Shown: positions 1 through 12,689, counted from the stretch's first letter. The stretch: DNA of 64,000 nucleotides from Balamuthia mandrillaris (GCA_031835245.2 JAVKOQ020000081.1:62001-126000); one strand, 5' to 3'. Notes: generated by a model not told the origin, from the sequence alone. A program made the numbers and translations.

Positions 1-136
1 TTTTTTCTAATATGTTTTTCATTTTAAAAAGGACAAACGATTGAATGGGTGTGTCCTTTTATGGAGCGGCGTTGGTGTGTCTCTTCCTGAGGAAGGATGG
101 GAATGTCGTCTTCACCAGCCGAGGTACCAGAGAGGA

Positions 137-3100
137 ATGGGCTGTTGGAAGGGGAGGTTTTGGCGGTGGTGGTTGGTCTGGACCGTCTTATACGGTCTGA
201 CGGTGAACGGCCAGTTCTTCTTCCCAACAACCGACATCGAGGTTTGCAGAAGAGAAGAGTGCGTGACATTGTTCCTTCTTTATCCCTCAGCGACGTGCTC
301 CGCTGACTTGAACTTTAAAAAGCTGCGATGTGAAGATATTGGTGAAAGCTTATCTTACCAATGAAGGGCACAACTGGGAGCTAGAATACACGCTGGATGA
401 TGGTAAAACCTTTCTTTCTTTCCAATTGCAAGCCGTTAACAACTAGCGACAAAGACGTAAGTTTCAAGGATCAGTATGACCGCACATGGAAAGCAGCCGA
501 ACCTATCCAGCTCCGTCTTCGTCGCACCCTGTCACGAATAGGTCCTCCTTTCGTTTCTCTTTCATGCTAACTCTTTCTTTTGCTTCCGCTGAAACAGACT
601 CTGTCTCACTTTAACAGAATACGGAATGACCTACGAAGGAGCCTACAAGAACGCATACGAAGTTCGAACGGGACGGACTTCCTCCGAGCGTTGTCCCGCC
701 GATCGCGTGTGCTGCCCCAACGACGCCTCCTTCTTCCCTCTCATCGGCTCCGAGAGTTACTTGGCCCAAAACCAAACTCTCTATCGCTCCTTCTCCGTCG
801 GAAGAGGCAGCTGGGTCTATGCCGTCGAGGTCACCGCCACGCAGGGAACCGCCTTTGAGAGCTTGCGTCTAAGCAACCTCAACCCCTCCGACTCGATGCC
901 CAGTTTAACCGCTCAAGTCTCCAGCAGTTCGCTGGTGCTCTCCTCGTTTGCCGACTTTAGTCCCTTTCGCTTGGTTTCATCGGAGGAGGAGAGCAAGGAG
1001 AAGGCCTTTGTGGTGCCGCTGCACTGGTTCGGCACCGACGTGAACAGGATCGGCATGACCAAACAGAGTTGGATGAACCACAAGCGATGCGAGGCTTCTC
1101 CTGAAACCTCATCGCTTACCGCTGTCGATGGAGGTTCCAGGTTTGCTTTTCATCTTTAACGGGAAGCTAGCGCTTCAGTCTTCTAACCACTAGTGTTGTT
1201 GTGTCGTACGAAGATATGATCAGTTTTCAAAGTTTCGAGGAGACACGGTGAATACTCTGGCAGAAGGGTGTCTGCTCATACCAGAGCTCTCATTCACTGA
1301 TCCCAGTAAACCTTCGCAGCTTAAACAGGTTTTTGCGTTCGCTTCCGCTTCCTGTTTGCAATGCTTCTCACTCTGTTCTTTCTCTCTCTCTTTATAGTCG
1401 TTTGACTGCGAAAACGTTGGCTCGCTAAGGGTTATGATGGAACTCTCTACGAGTTCCTTTCGGCTGAGAGCTTTGTTTGGCCGTCCTTTCATAACCGTTC
1501 GTGCTCTTCGCTCTCTTCTCGCTGCTTTATCGTCTTGTTCTTTTCTGACTTTCAACAAAAAAAGGCATCGGGCGTGTTTCCCATCCAAGAAGGCGATACC
1601 CAAGCTTTGTTATGTAAGCACAAGCGTTCGTTTGTCTGGTTGTTCTTTCGTTTCTGTCTCTTCTGATGACTATGGTTTCCTTCTTCTTCGCGGATGCAGA
1701 CATTGATTGCAGCAACCAGGGAGATAGCACAAGCGTTTTTGAGTTTCAGCCGGTGAGATGTTGCATAGAGCTGGCTAGTCGCTTGCAAATGGATTGTGAG
1801 GTTGACCTTCTTCTTCCCCTTCTTCCTCTCCTGTTTCATTCTGTGCGCAGGAAAAGCTAAAAGAGTGAGTGTAGAGTGTTTCATTTGCGCGTGCCCTCTC
1901 CAGAACTATCGACAAAGACGAAACCGCACGAGTGATATTCACGATCCATAACGAGGTCCTTCTTTCTTCTTCCGTTACAAGGTTTTTTGTCTTCTCATTC
2001 GTATGCGTCTTCGCCTTCGTCTTCTTCTTTCATTCGCACAACAAACAGGAAGCATTCAACACGAAAGGTTTCTGCCAGTTCGACATCGTGCAGCATGGTC
2101 TCACCGAACTCACTCATCAAGTAAACTTTAGCACTCAGGTCATCCCCATTGCTCCGCCTCCCGGTTCTATTCCTATCTCAGGTTTCTTCCTCCTTCATTC
2201 CTTCCTCCTTCCTCCTTCTGACTGGTTTCTAAGTGCGTTCCTATCTTAAAAAACAACCAACAAAAAGATGATGAGAGTTGTGCTCCACCAAAAAGAGTGG
2301 TACAAATGGGAGGGCAAAAGTACTGTCAACCTGCATGCACACCCGACCAGAACTTTCATGAGCCAACGCAAGCATGCCTCCCAGTGGATTGCGTCCTGAA
2401 ATACCTCGGCACGCGCAACTGGTATGACGCCAACCAAGGTCGTTGCGTACCTGCTGCCATTTGCGAGGATGATCAAGTATTGTCGTTTTCTAGCTTTACC
2501 CCACGAAGCATGTGCTAACTTTCTGTGGTGTGCTGAAAAAAAGGTGTTTGATGAGTTGAACAATGAATGTGACAAGAACTTACCGCCTGACTTTGAAAGT
2601 GGAAGCACGTCCTCAGCACATAGTAACGATGATAACGGTGGCATCAGTCCTGTTCCTCCAACTAAGGTTTCTATTTATGTTCTTGTTCTCGCTCTTCTTC
2701 CTTCCTTCTTCCTCTTCTTCTAGTTTTTCTAGTTCTTCTTCTAGTTCTTCTTTTTCTTCTTCTTTCCCTCATTGCTCTCTTCAGTTGTTGATTTTCGTAT
2801 TATTGCTTTTGTTTGTTTATAGGTGGTGGATTGTGGTCCAAATGGCCGTTTGATGGCCAACAACCTGAGTTGCGAGTGCAATAAAGGTTGGAGCAACGAA
2901 CCGAATCAAGACATATTTACGTACGTGTGGTGCACGCGCCATGGCAAAGACCTCGCTGGTTTCCAAGACTCATCGGAAGATCCTCAGCCAAACACCACGG
3001 TTTCCTTCTTTCCTTGCTTCCTTTCTTACATCGTCCCTCTTCCTTTGACTTCATGCTTACATCTTTCTTGCTTTCTCTTCTTATTGCTCTCCCTCTTCCT

Positions 3101-3694
3101 CTTGCTTTACAGATTATCGGAGTGTTCATCGGAGTTGTGGTAGGTTGCTGTTTGCTCTGCGGAGTTGGGTGTGGGCTGTTGTGGAAACGAAAGCAGTTAA
3201 GAGCAAGAAAGAAGAAGAGGAAAGCATTAGCAGCAATAGAACAGAGGGAACAAGACCTTCTCTCCAGAGTGGCAGCCATGTTGCCTGCTGGATGGAACAT
3301 TGTTGATATTAGAGCGTCCGATATCACTTTAAAGAAAGAAGGCAAAGGAGATGATAGCACCACTAAAAAGCAGAAAGAAGAAGACGATGAATTGGAAAGT
3401 GGAGAAAGAGACAAGAGTGTGGAAGAAGAATGCGTCGTTGATTCGACGATAGAGAACAAGGAGGAGAAGAAAAAGAAAGAAAAGGGGAAAGAGAGAATAA
3501 TGATAAATACTCCTTCTCCGGGAGTAACATCTTTACCACTCACTCGCGGAAGAAGAGCACCAAGTAATGGCTTGTTGAGACTTGTTGTTGGCTATGAAGA
3601 AGAAGAACAAAAAGAAGAAGAAAACGAGGAGAAAGCTGAAGATGGAAACGGTGAAAAAGACTCGTACGTTGAGAAAGAAAACAATTGTACATAG
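137..3694 (+). CDS. Divergent HAP2/GCS1-like (fusexin) type I membrane protein with extra Cys-rich/EGF-like stalk; multi-exon
   Basis: Manual GT-AG splicing (e.g. introns 259-322, 403-454, 542-617) gives one open frame: signal peptide MGCWKGRFWRWWLVWTVLYGLTVNG; TTDIEVCRREDCDVKILVKAYL; EPIQLRLRRTLSRIEYGMTYEG; VCCPND; YRSFSVGRGSWVYAVEVT; FVVPLHWFGTDVNRIGMTKQSW; SLRVMMELSTSSFRL; Ig-like DIII ending GFCQFDIVQHGLTELTHQVNFSTQ; Cys-rich and EGF-like (CGPNG..CECNKGW..C) modules; TM IIGVFIGVVVGCCLLCGVGCGLLW; basic tail KRKQLRARKKKRK. Blocks are colinear with remembered plant/algal HAP2 motifs. Confidence 0.72.
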
Positions 3695-3784
3695 AACAAA
3701 AAAAAGTTCAACACAAAAACTCGTCAATTAAAAAAATAAATAAAAGAATGGGGGAGAGAGAGGATTGCTTTTCTGATGTTGTTT

Positions 3785-5718
3785 CTACATGTTCATGAAC
3801 CGAAGAGAGCGATTCTCTCTTTGCCGATGCTTTGTGTTGGAGAAAGGCATTGTGCCACCTCCACACAAACACCGCTGAAGGCAGTAAAGAAAACCTGTCG
3901 CTAAAGAAAGAATCGTCACCCATTTGATCACTCTTCTTTGCGTACTTGTTCTCTTTGCATCCAAACGCCTGGAGTTGTGAAAAACAAAAAGAAAAAAGCC
4001 GATTATAAAAATTAGTAGCAAAGAAAAAAGTAAAATTAGAGAGCAGAACAAGAAGAAAAGCGTACATGGCTTGGTATTCATCCCAGTAAAGAACAGCATT
4101 CGCCTGTCCGTCTGGCAGTTCAAAAGCGGAAGGATGCGGGAAGAGCGAATTGTACAAGTCACGAATGTAACGCAGCACTCTCCTGCTTGAAGGCTTTGTG
4201 TGATCAATGTCATCATTGACGCAAACAAACTTTCTGGGATGTTCCCGAATGCCATCCAACATGCGTTGAGCGCTGGTGGCGTTGCCTGAGAGCATGACAA
4301 AGGCGACGTCGTCCGTGCCCTGAACCTCGTACTTGTTCTTGGAGCGAGAGACTTGGTGGTTGTAGAGCTGGTTCATTACCTCTTCGCAAGAGAGCAGTTC
4401 TTCTTTGTTGATGCGAATGGGATCTATTTCTTCTTCGATATATTCTTCTTCCTCTTGTTTCTCTGTTTGCTTATCCTCGTTTTCGTTTTGTTGTTGTTCT
4501 TGTTGCTCCTGATTTGGCAATTCCACAGCCTGAGCAACGCCTTCATTTTGTGTATTCGCTTCTTCTCGTTCTCGTTCTTGTTGTCCTTCTTGTTGCTCTT
4601 GTTCGTGTTCTACCTCTTCTCGGGTTAATTCGGGAGGATGGATTTGGTCTTCCTTGTCTTCTTGTTGTTGCTGTTGTTCTTCTTGTTGTGCTTGTTCTTG
4701 AGGAAGGGCGCAAAGATGGAGGGGATCCTTCAACTTTGCCTTAAAGTCATTCCACGTGCTTTCGCTCAACGGGGAGCCATAAAGTCGCGTGGCCAGAGTG
4801 CGGAGCTCGTTATAGTCCAAATCACCAGAGCCATCGCCATCGAACCTCTGCCAAACGTCTTCAAACTCAAAGCCTGCTTTCTCGTGTATGAGAAAGTAGA
4901 AGTAGGAGAAGGCATATTGCATGTCTTTTGGACTGCGAAAACGATGAGAGGAAGTCTCTGCGAAATGTTCTGGCCAACGGGCTTGCAGTCTCTCCATCAC
5001 TTGGATGTCTATCATATGAGGCATGTGTGCGATAACATTTCTGGCTGAGGGACCAAACTCTTGGTCGAGCAAAGAGTTGACGAAGCGAAGAGAATCTCCA
5101 AATGTGTCCAACAGTTGTCGTCGTCGCTTATTATTATTGTTGTTGTTTGCGTTTTGTTCTTCTAGTTGTTGTTTTTCTTCTTCTTTACCCCATTCAGAAC
5201 GTTCCCAAGGAAATAGAGAAGGCGGAGGTTGATTCTTCAGCTTCTTCTCTAATTCTGCCCAGTAGCTTTGTGATTGATGAGGAGATTCTAGAGGAAACGA
5301 AGAAATCAAATCGGATTCACGAGAAAGAGGCACCGGCTCTTTGGCCAATAGCCGACGCAAGTTTCTTGCGCGTTCCAAAGCTGCTTTTAAGGCTTGCGCT
5401 TCTTCGCTGAGTTTTCCTTCTACTATGTGTTCTTCTACTACGTTCTGTGTTGCTCTTTCTTCATTATTCACTAGTTGTTGTTGCTCCGCATCGTTATCGT
5501 CCATCTCTTGTTCTTCTGTCGGTGTTGTTGCTTCCGCAGCATCTGTCGTGTGGTCTTGTTGTATTGTTGGTGGAGGTAACAAGCCAGCTCGCAACACGAT
5601 GTTGTATTCTGTTTCCACGTCGTTTTCGGACGTTTTAATAGAGATGGCTACATCCTGTCGTGTCACATTGCTTTTAAAAAGTCAGTAACACATAAATAGG
5701 GGAGATCTTTGCTTTGTT

Positions 5719-5756
<38 letters not shown>

Positions 5757-6997
5757 TGTGAGAGCGAGATGAGCTAACCGATGAAAAGTGAGAGTCATGA
5801 GTTTATGCTTTTGTGAGATAGTGGCGGAACGAATCAAATCAGAATCCTCATGAGAGCCATCAACGATGCGTGCCTCATGTACAAGTCCACTGAGTCCAAC
5901 GTATGCTGCCAAGACATCACCAGGTATTTCTACCACTGCTCCGCTCTATATTTTCAAAACCAGAAATGATACATTTTGTAAGAAAAAAAACATAGGAGGA
6001 ACGCAAGAAATAGAATATAACCTCTGTGACGTTGGCACCATACACGTTGGAAATAACGGTTTCGACGCCACAATCTCCTGCATCCATACCACAGTCTTTG
6101 TTCTTGCAAGGCTCATCGCAGTACTTGTCTCCTATCCAACTTTTTTTGTCGTAGGTTTTGTTACTCAGCTAGAGAGTAGAGTAGAAAGAAAAGCTTTGAG
6201 TACGAACCTGTCAGGACATCCCCAGCTACAGTATTGGTTGGCCTCTGAATTCTTTGACCCTGTCATATGTTATAAGTGAGAGAGAGCAGAGAGCAGAGAG
6301 CAGAGAGCAGAGAGCAGAGAGCAGAGAGCAGAGAGCAGAGAGCAGAGGCAGAGAGCAGAGAGCAGAGGCGAGAAAGAGAGCAGAGAGCGAGACAGAGCAG
6401 AGGAGAGAGCAGAGAGCAGAGAGCAGAGAGCAGAGAGCAGAGAGCAGAGAGAGAATTAACTTACAAGGAAAAGACCATCCACCGCCCACACCTTGATTAG
6501 GAGCAACTCCCACACAATCTCCTCCATCCCAACTGCAGGCACTGACATTGCAAGCCACATCACAATACCCATCTTTAATCCAACCAGCAGGACATCCAGG
6601 AGCACAGTCAGGAACAGGCCATGCCAAAAAGACCTTTTGTCCTTTGCCCTGTGTATAAAAGTCGTCCGGCCATATGGGAGAAGAAAAGAGTGTGTCATCG
6701 TTGAGATAGAGAAACTTATCGGAGAGACCGGGAATACGATGGAGGTGAGCCTCTATTGCGGGAGAGGAGAAGGTAGGGAGGTGGCTCTTGTTGAGGAAGA
6801 TCATGTCGTGGGTGATGAGGCGGATGCGAGGATGGGAGAGGTCCAGCCAGTAGGGAATCTGGCCGTTGGTTACCACGTAGATGTTGCGCACCCACGGTGC
6901 ATTGAGTTCCAAGGAACGAAGGGAGTAACGCAAGTCTTCGTTGTCTGTGTTGCGTTCATTTTTTTTTTTGTGTTATTGTCTCTTAGATTTTATGTTT

Positions 6998-7039
<42 letters not shown>

Positions 7040-7349
7040 GCTATCAATCTATCTAACTCTCTCTCTCCTTCACTCTTCGTTTCTAGTTTTCTTGTTTTCT
7101 TTGCCCTGCTTCCATAGGCTTCTCTCAAACTAACAAAACAAACCTATGAAACGGCTGAGAGAGTCGCTGTCACGATAACAATTTTGGGAGGCAGCATCAG
7201 CTGTGGCAGAGGCAGATGAAGTTGTTGCCGCTGCATCGTTATTGTTGTCGTTGTGGTTATTGCGTTTGTCGGCACTAGTCTCTCCGTTCTCTTCATCCTT
7301 TGGAGTGCACAAGTCTTACCAAGCAAGAGTAAGTATGAAAAGAGACTAC

Positions 7350-7397
<48 letters not shown>

Positions 7398-7897
7398 AGC
7401 TATTATCGCCTAGCATGCTCTTCGTCCGCGCGATGGCTGGTTCACCGCAGAAACAGAAGAAGAAAAGAAAAAAAAGCAACATTCCAAACAGAGCAATGAG
7501 ACACAAGCAACAAAAAGAAGGAGAAGAACAAGAACAAGATGATAGTAATGAAACACAAGAGCAAAAGGGAGCAAGAGAAGCTAGAGAACGGGAACGAAGA
7601 AGCAAAAGCATACGAACCTTCAAGCAGGCGCGGGTCGCTGCCATTCACCCACGTGTACACCACATCGATCTCCGGAGCGCAGAGCTTGTCCTCAAAGGAG
7701 CGACCCACAATGTTGTTCCGCCAATCCCGGAAGAAGAGCGAGGAGGGGGAGGAGTAGGCAGCGTTGTCCAGCATGTGGTCCACGATGGAGAAGGTGGTGT
7801 TGAGGAGGAAGAGCATGCCCACCACGCAAGCGGCCATGCCCCACCGCGTGGACAGGAACGTCAGGAACTTGCGTTGCACCAGCTTGCGCAGCGTCAT
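3785..7897 (-). CDS. GNPTAB: N-acetylglucosamine-1-phosphotransferase alpha/beta precursor (Stealth family); multi-exon
   Basis: N-terminal TM; Stealth CR1 [15 protein letters not shown]2 [45 protein letters not shown]/Notch repeat [44 protein letters not shown]3 [17 protein letters not shown]-hand [14 protein letters not shown]4 [12 protein letters not shown]-terminal TM. Confidence 0.93.
6282..6452. repeat. (GAGCAGA)n heptanucleotide tandem repeat in a GNPTAB intron
   Basis: Directly visible GAGCAGA array. Confidence 0.95.
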
Positions 7898-8410
7898 TTC
7901 TCTCGCTCTCCTCTAGAGTTCTCTTCCCTCTCCTCACAGAGAGAAAATCTTTCTTTCTTTTTGTGTCTAAAATGCGCGAACTACCCCTCGTCCATTTCCC
8001 ATGTCGTCATGTAAATTTAGGCTATCATGTCGACATTTGCTGTTGTTACTCCATGTCGTCATTATCATTGATTTGGATCGCCTGTTCCGTGTCGACGTTG
8101 GAAAATATTCGTGTCGTCATTACAAAAGGGTTCCGATCTCTGCAACGATTTCGGGAATGAAGGGACCAATCGTCAAACGCCACATCATCGGTAAATATTA
8201 CAAACCCCTCGACTCATCGTCGACAGATAACAATTTACCGTTTCGCTATTTTCTTTCTTTCGTCGCCACTATTTTCTTCCCCTCTTCGAACACACCAACC
8301 ACAACAAAACACACAGACACACACCCCCCCTTTGGGCCGGCCTGTTGTTTTCACCGTTGGGCGACGATCACACACACACACACACACACACACTCACGCT
8401 AAATAAAATT

Positions 8411-9955
8411 ATGGCCTCTTACCAAGGACACGCGACCAGCTCTGCCAAGGTGCAGCAGGTGAAGAAGGGAGAGATCACTCACTCCTACAGCGAGGAGGAG
8501 AAGGAGGCCTTCACCGAGTACATCAACATGGCCCTCGGCAAGGACGCTGACCTGCGCCGCATCCTTCCCCTGAACGCCCAGGACGAGTCCCTCTTTGCAG
8601 GCGTGCACGACGGCCTGCTCCTCTGCAAGCTCATCAACGACGCCATCCCCGACACCATTGATGAGCGCGTCCTCAACAAGGGCGACATCAACACCTACAA
8701 GAAGCACGAGAACCAGACCGTGGCCATCAACTCTGCCAAGGCCATTGGCTGCAACGTCGTCAACATTGGCGCTCAGGATTTGATCGACGGCATCCCCCAC
8801 TTGGTGCTGGGCCTCATTTGGCAGATTGTCAAGATTGGGCTCTTCTCCAGGATCAACTTGGTCAACCACCCCGAGCTCTACCGCCTCCTCGAGGAGGGCG
8901 AGACCATCGAGGACCTCTTGAAGCTCCCCATCGAGGAGATCCTGCTCCGCTGGGTGAACTACCACCTCAAGAACGCCGGCTGGCCCAAGAGGGTCAACAA
9001 CTTTAGCGGCGACATCAAGGACGGCACTGCCTACACCGTCCTCCTCGCCCAGATCGCCCCCAAGCACTGCAACAGGGACCCCCTGAACGCCTCCAGCGAC
9101 CTCAAGCGTGCCGAGCTGGTGTTGGACAATGCCGACAAGCTTGGCTGCAGGAAGTTTGTGGCCCCCAGGGACATTGTGCGCGGCAACAAGAAGCTCAACT
9201 TGGCCTTTGTGGCCAACCTCTTCAACACCTGGCCCGCCCTGGAGCCCGTGGAGGACGTGGAGATCATCGAGGAGACCCGCGAGGAGAAGCAGTTCCGTAA
9301 CTGGATGAACAGCTTGGGTGTGGAGCCCTTCGTGAACAACCTCTACCTCGACCTCCGAGACGGCTTGGTCCTCATCCAGCTCTTCAAGCAGGTGGAGCCC
9401 GGCATTGTGGACGACAGCAAGGTCAACTGGAACCCCACCACCACCTGGAAGAAGCTCGAGAACGACAACTACGCCGTGGAGTTGGGCAAGCAGCTCAAGT
9501 TCTCCCTGGTCGGCATCCAAGGCAAGGATATCTTGGACGGCAACAAGACCCTCACCCTGGCTGTCGTCTGGCAGCTCATGAGGCACCACGTGCTCTCCAT
9601 CCTCAAGCGCCTCGGCGGTGGCCAGGCCATTGGAGACAATGACATTATCCGCTGGGCCAACGACAAGGTCAGGTCCGCCGGCAAGTCCTCCTCCATGGCC
9701 TCCTTCAAGGATAGCTCGCTCCGAGACAGCAAGTTTTTGATCGACTTGGTGGATGCCGTTCGCCCTGGTGCTGCCGACTACTCCCTGGTCTCTGACTCTA
9801 GGGACGACAAGGACCTGTTGTTGAACGCCAAGTACGCTGTGAGCTTGGCCAGAAAGATTGGCTGCTGCGTGTTTGCCCTGCCCGAGGACATTGTGGAGGA
9901 CAAGATGATCATGACCTTTGTGGCCACCGTCATGGCTGTTGACTTGGGTCACTAA
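8411..9955 (+). CDS. Fimbrin/plastin actin-bundling protein (4 CH domains), intronless
   Basis: HSYSEEEKEAFTEYIN, DGLLLCKLIN..PDTIDERVLN, GCNVVNIGAQDL..HLVLGLIWQIVK, ILLRWVNYHL, EETREEKQFRNWMNSLGV, NAKYAVSLARKIG..LPEDIVE; strong C/G bias at third codon positions. Confidence 0.96.
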   Translation: MASYQGHATSSAKVQQVKKGEITHSYSEEEKEAFTEYINMALGKDADLRRILPLNAQDESLFAGVHDGLLLCKLINDAIPDTIDERVLNKGDINTYKKHENQTVAINSAKAIGCNVVNIGAQDLIDGIPHLVLGLIWQIVKIGLFSRINLVNHPELYRLLEEGETIEDLLKLPIEEILLRWVNYHLKNAGWPKRVNNFSGDIKDGTAYTVLLAQIAPKHCNRDPLNASSDLKRAELVLDNADKLGCRKFVAPRDIVRGNKKLNLAFVANLFNTWPALEPVEDVEIIEETREEKQFRNWMNSLGVEPFVNNLYLDLRDGLVLIQLFKQVEPGIVDDSKVNWNPTTTWKKLENDNYAVELGKQLKFSLVGIQGKDILDGNKTLTLAVVWQLMRHHVLSILKRLGGGQAIGDNDIIRWANDKVRSAGKSSSMASFKDSSLRDSKFLIDLVDAVRPGAADYSLVSDSRDDKDLLLNAKYAVSLARKIGCCVFALPEDIVEDKMIMTFVATVMAVDLGH

Positions 9956-10268
9956 ATCTGTTCTCTCCCCCTTTCCTCTGTGGATGCTAGCCAACTTGGA
10001 AACTTGTGTACAGTTTAGTTTGTGTGTTCAAAAAAAAATAGAGAATAAACGATCCAAAAAAGTTAAACAGAAATAACAAAAGAATAATAGAGAAGAGAAG
10101 AGAACGATGAAGAGAAGAGAAGAAACCCGATGACGAACGAAGAGAATGGAAAAGATGAAGAAGAAGAGAAGAGAACAATGAAGCTAGCTTCGTCGGCTCA
10201 AAAGAGGAAGCAGAGGAAGTAGATTTGTTTCTGTACAAAGAGATATCAGCGAGAAGGAGTCAACGCGC

Positions 10269-12658
10269 TCAGAGGAACACAATCTCGTCGTCTTCGTCGT
10301 CGGAAAAGAACTTTTCAGCGTGGTGGACTTTGGTCCTTTCTTTCTTCAAGTAATGGGGTGTCTCGTCTGCGATTTCGTACATCGTCATCAGCTCTTTGTT
10401 CATCTGGCAGAAACAGCAGAGAAGGATGTTAACAACCAAAAGAAGGCGATAAGAAGAGAAGAGAAGAGTGAGAAAGAAGAATGAACCTGTCTGCTGCGTT
10501 GGCAAAAGTCATCAAAGGACTCTAGCGTAGGACAGAAGAAGGCAAGCGCGAGAGAAGGATCGATGTCGCGGATAGCAAGCCGGTGAGGAATGGCGCAGTG
10601 GTAGCTTGCGAGGAACTCTACCAATTGTTCTTCTTTTGCATCCTCTCCCGCGTTTTCTTTCTTTTCCTTTCCCTTTTCACACTGAGCAGCAGCAGCGGGC
10701 GAAGAAGGAGAAGAGGAGGAAGGAAAGAGGAGAGGATCAGTGGGTTGAATGGTGTGGGGATCAAAGTAAAACAAGTCATTATCTGTTGAATAAAGAATAG
10801 GTCAGTATTGAGAAAGTAAGATGACGAGAAAAAGAAAGAAGAAGACAGCAGAAATAAGTGATGAGAAAGAAGGATAACCTTGATAGCCCACAAAATAGAG
10901 AGAAGAACGAGGTTTGCCTCCAACGATGCCTAGGCTTTGAGGAAAATGGAATGTATGTTTCAAAGCAGGTACGTATACCTGGTTAAGGCTGTCCAGACCC
11001 AATCGTAACGGAATGATGAGCAAAAGAGGCCGCCATTGCTTCTCCTCTTGCTCCTCTTGTTCTTCTTTGTTGCCTTCATTGCCAGTGCTTTGGAGGCATC
11101 GTTCCGTGATTTGGTCTTTGTACAGGCAACCGTCTGTCGAAACGTAAACAGCTAAATTGGTGGGGTTATTTTCTTGGACAACTTCTCTGTTGGTGTTTTG
11201 AAAAGAAATAGCGTTTGTTGTTAACAAAAGGAAGAACAAAGGAAAAGAAGTGAACAGAGAAGCAGGGAATATAGAAGTACTCTAAAACTTGAGCGATGGT
11301 GGATGGGCCAAACCACTCGCCAACGTTCTTGCCAAACTTAAGTCCATTTTGTGCGATATTGTGAATAGAAAATGGGCAGAGAGGATGGTCTCCAAACAAG
11401 CGCAATATCTTATGAACATTTGTTAACGTTTATACAAAACAAATGTCGAACGAAAGGAAAGAAACAAGCAGTAAAAGGTCTACCTGTGCATAGTGCTTTG
11501 GTGGTGGTTCCAATGGATCCAATCGCCACTCTTAGAATAAAATGTTCATTCAGAAGAAGAAGAAAAGGAAGAAAATGGAAAAGAACTAGCAGCCAATAGA
11601 AAAAAATACATGGAAAGCAAGAATCAGACCTCTTCCAAGAAGTTGAGAGCTAAGCGCTTGGGCAAGAAGCATCTGCCCGCTACGAAGAGTGCATCCCCAA
11701 CCAACATCTGAAGTGAAGGGAGAGGGCTCGATGCGGTGAAAGTCTTTGCGGTAAGTAAACCACAGCCTAGAGAAAAAGTCTTTCAGAAAGGCAGGAAAGG
11801 GAACGGTTGGCCGTATTCCCTCTTCCTTGTCTTTCTCTCCCTCTTTTTGTTCGTTGCCGCTTCTACGAGGACGCGGCGGTGTTATGACTTGGTCATCGTC
11901 CTTCTTGTAGCATCGACCGAGCATCCATACAGGAGAGTCGGAGAAAGCAGGAAGTTGCTTGTACCCTTTGTGGAACAAGAAGAGGAAGAAATAAGAGAGG
12001 AGGAGAAGGAGGATAAGAAGGACGAGAGAAAAAAGCGAAGAGCCTGGTAAACGAAAATGAGAAGAGAAGAGAAGAGAAGAGAACGATGAAGAGAAGAGAA
12101 CGATGAAGAGAAGAGAAGAGAAGAGAAGAAGAGAAGAGAAGAGAAGAGAAGAAGAGAAGAGAAGAGAAGAGAAGAGAAGAGAAGAAAGAAGAGAAGAGAA
12201 AGAGAAGAGAAGAGAAGAGAAGAGAAGAGAAGAAGAGAAGAGAAGAGAAGAGAAGAGAAGAAGAAGAGAACGATGAAGAGAAGAGAAGAAGAGAAGAGAA
12301 GAGAAGAGAAAGAAAGAGAAGAGAAGAGAAGAGAAGAGAAAGAAAGAGAGAAGAGAGAAGAGAAGAGAAGAGAAGAAGAGAAGAAAGAGAAGAGAAGAGA
12401 AGAGAAGAAGAAAGAGAAGAGAAGAGAAGAGAAGAGAAGAGAAGAGAAGAGAAGAGAAGAGAAGAGAAGAGAAGAGAAGAGAAGAGAAGAGAACGATGAA
12501 GAGAACGATGAAGAGAACGATGAAGAGAAGAGAACGATGAAGAGAAGAGAACGATGAAGAGAAGAGAACGACGAAGAGAAGAGAACGATGAAGAGAAGAG
12601 AAGAGAAGAGAACGAGAAGAGAAGAGAACGATGAAGAGAAGAGAAGAGAGAAGAGAGA

Positions 12659-12689
<31 letters not shown>

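Noticed and set aside
6254..6500. AESREQR repeat peptide or CRISPR-like periodicity
   Set aside because: Simple 7-bp intronic tandem repeat with no unique spacers.
8399..9994. 531-aa antisense ORF overlapping fimbrin
   Set aside because: Expected by-product of strong GC3 codon bias on the sense strand, which removes antisense stops; no recognisable motifs.
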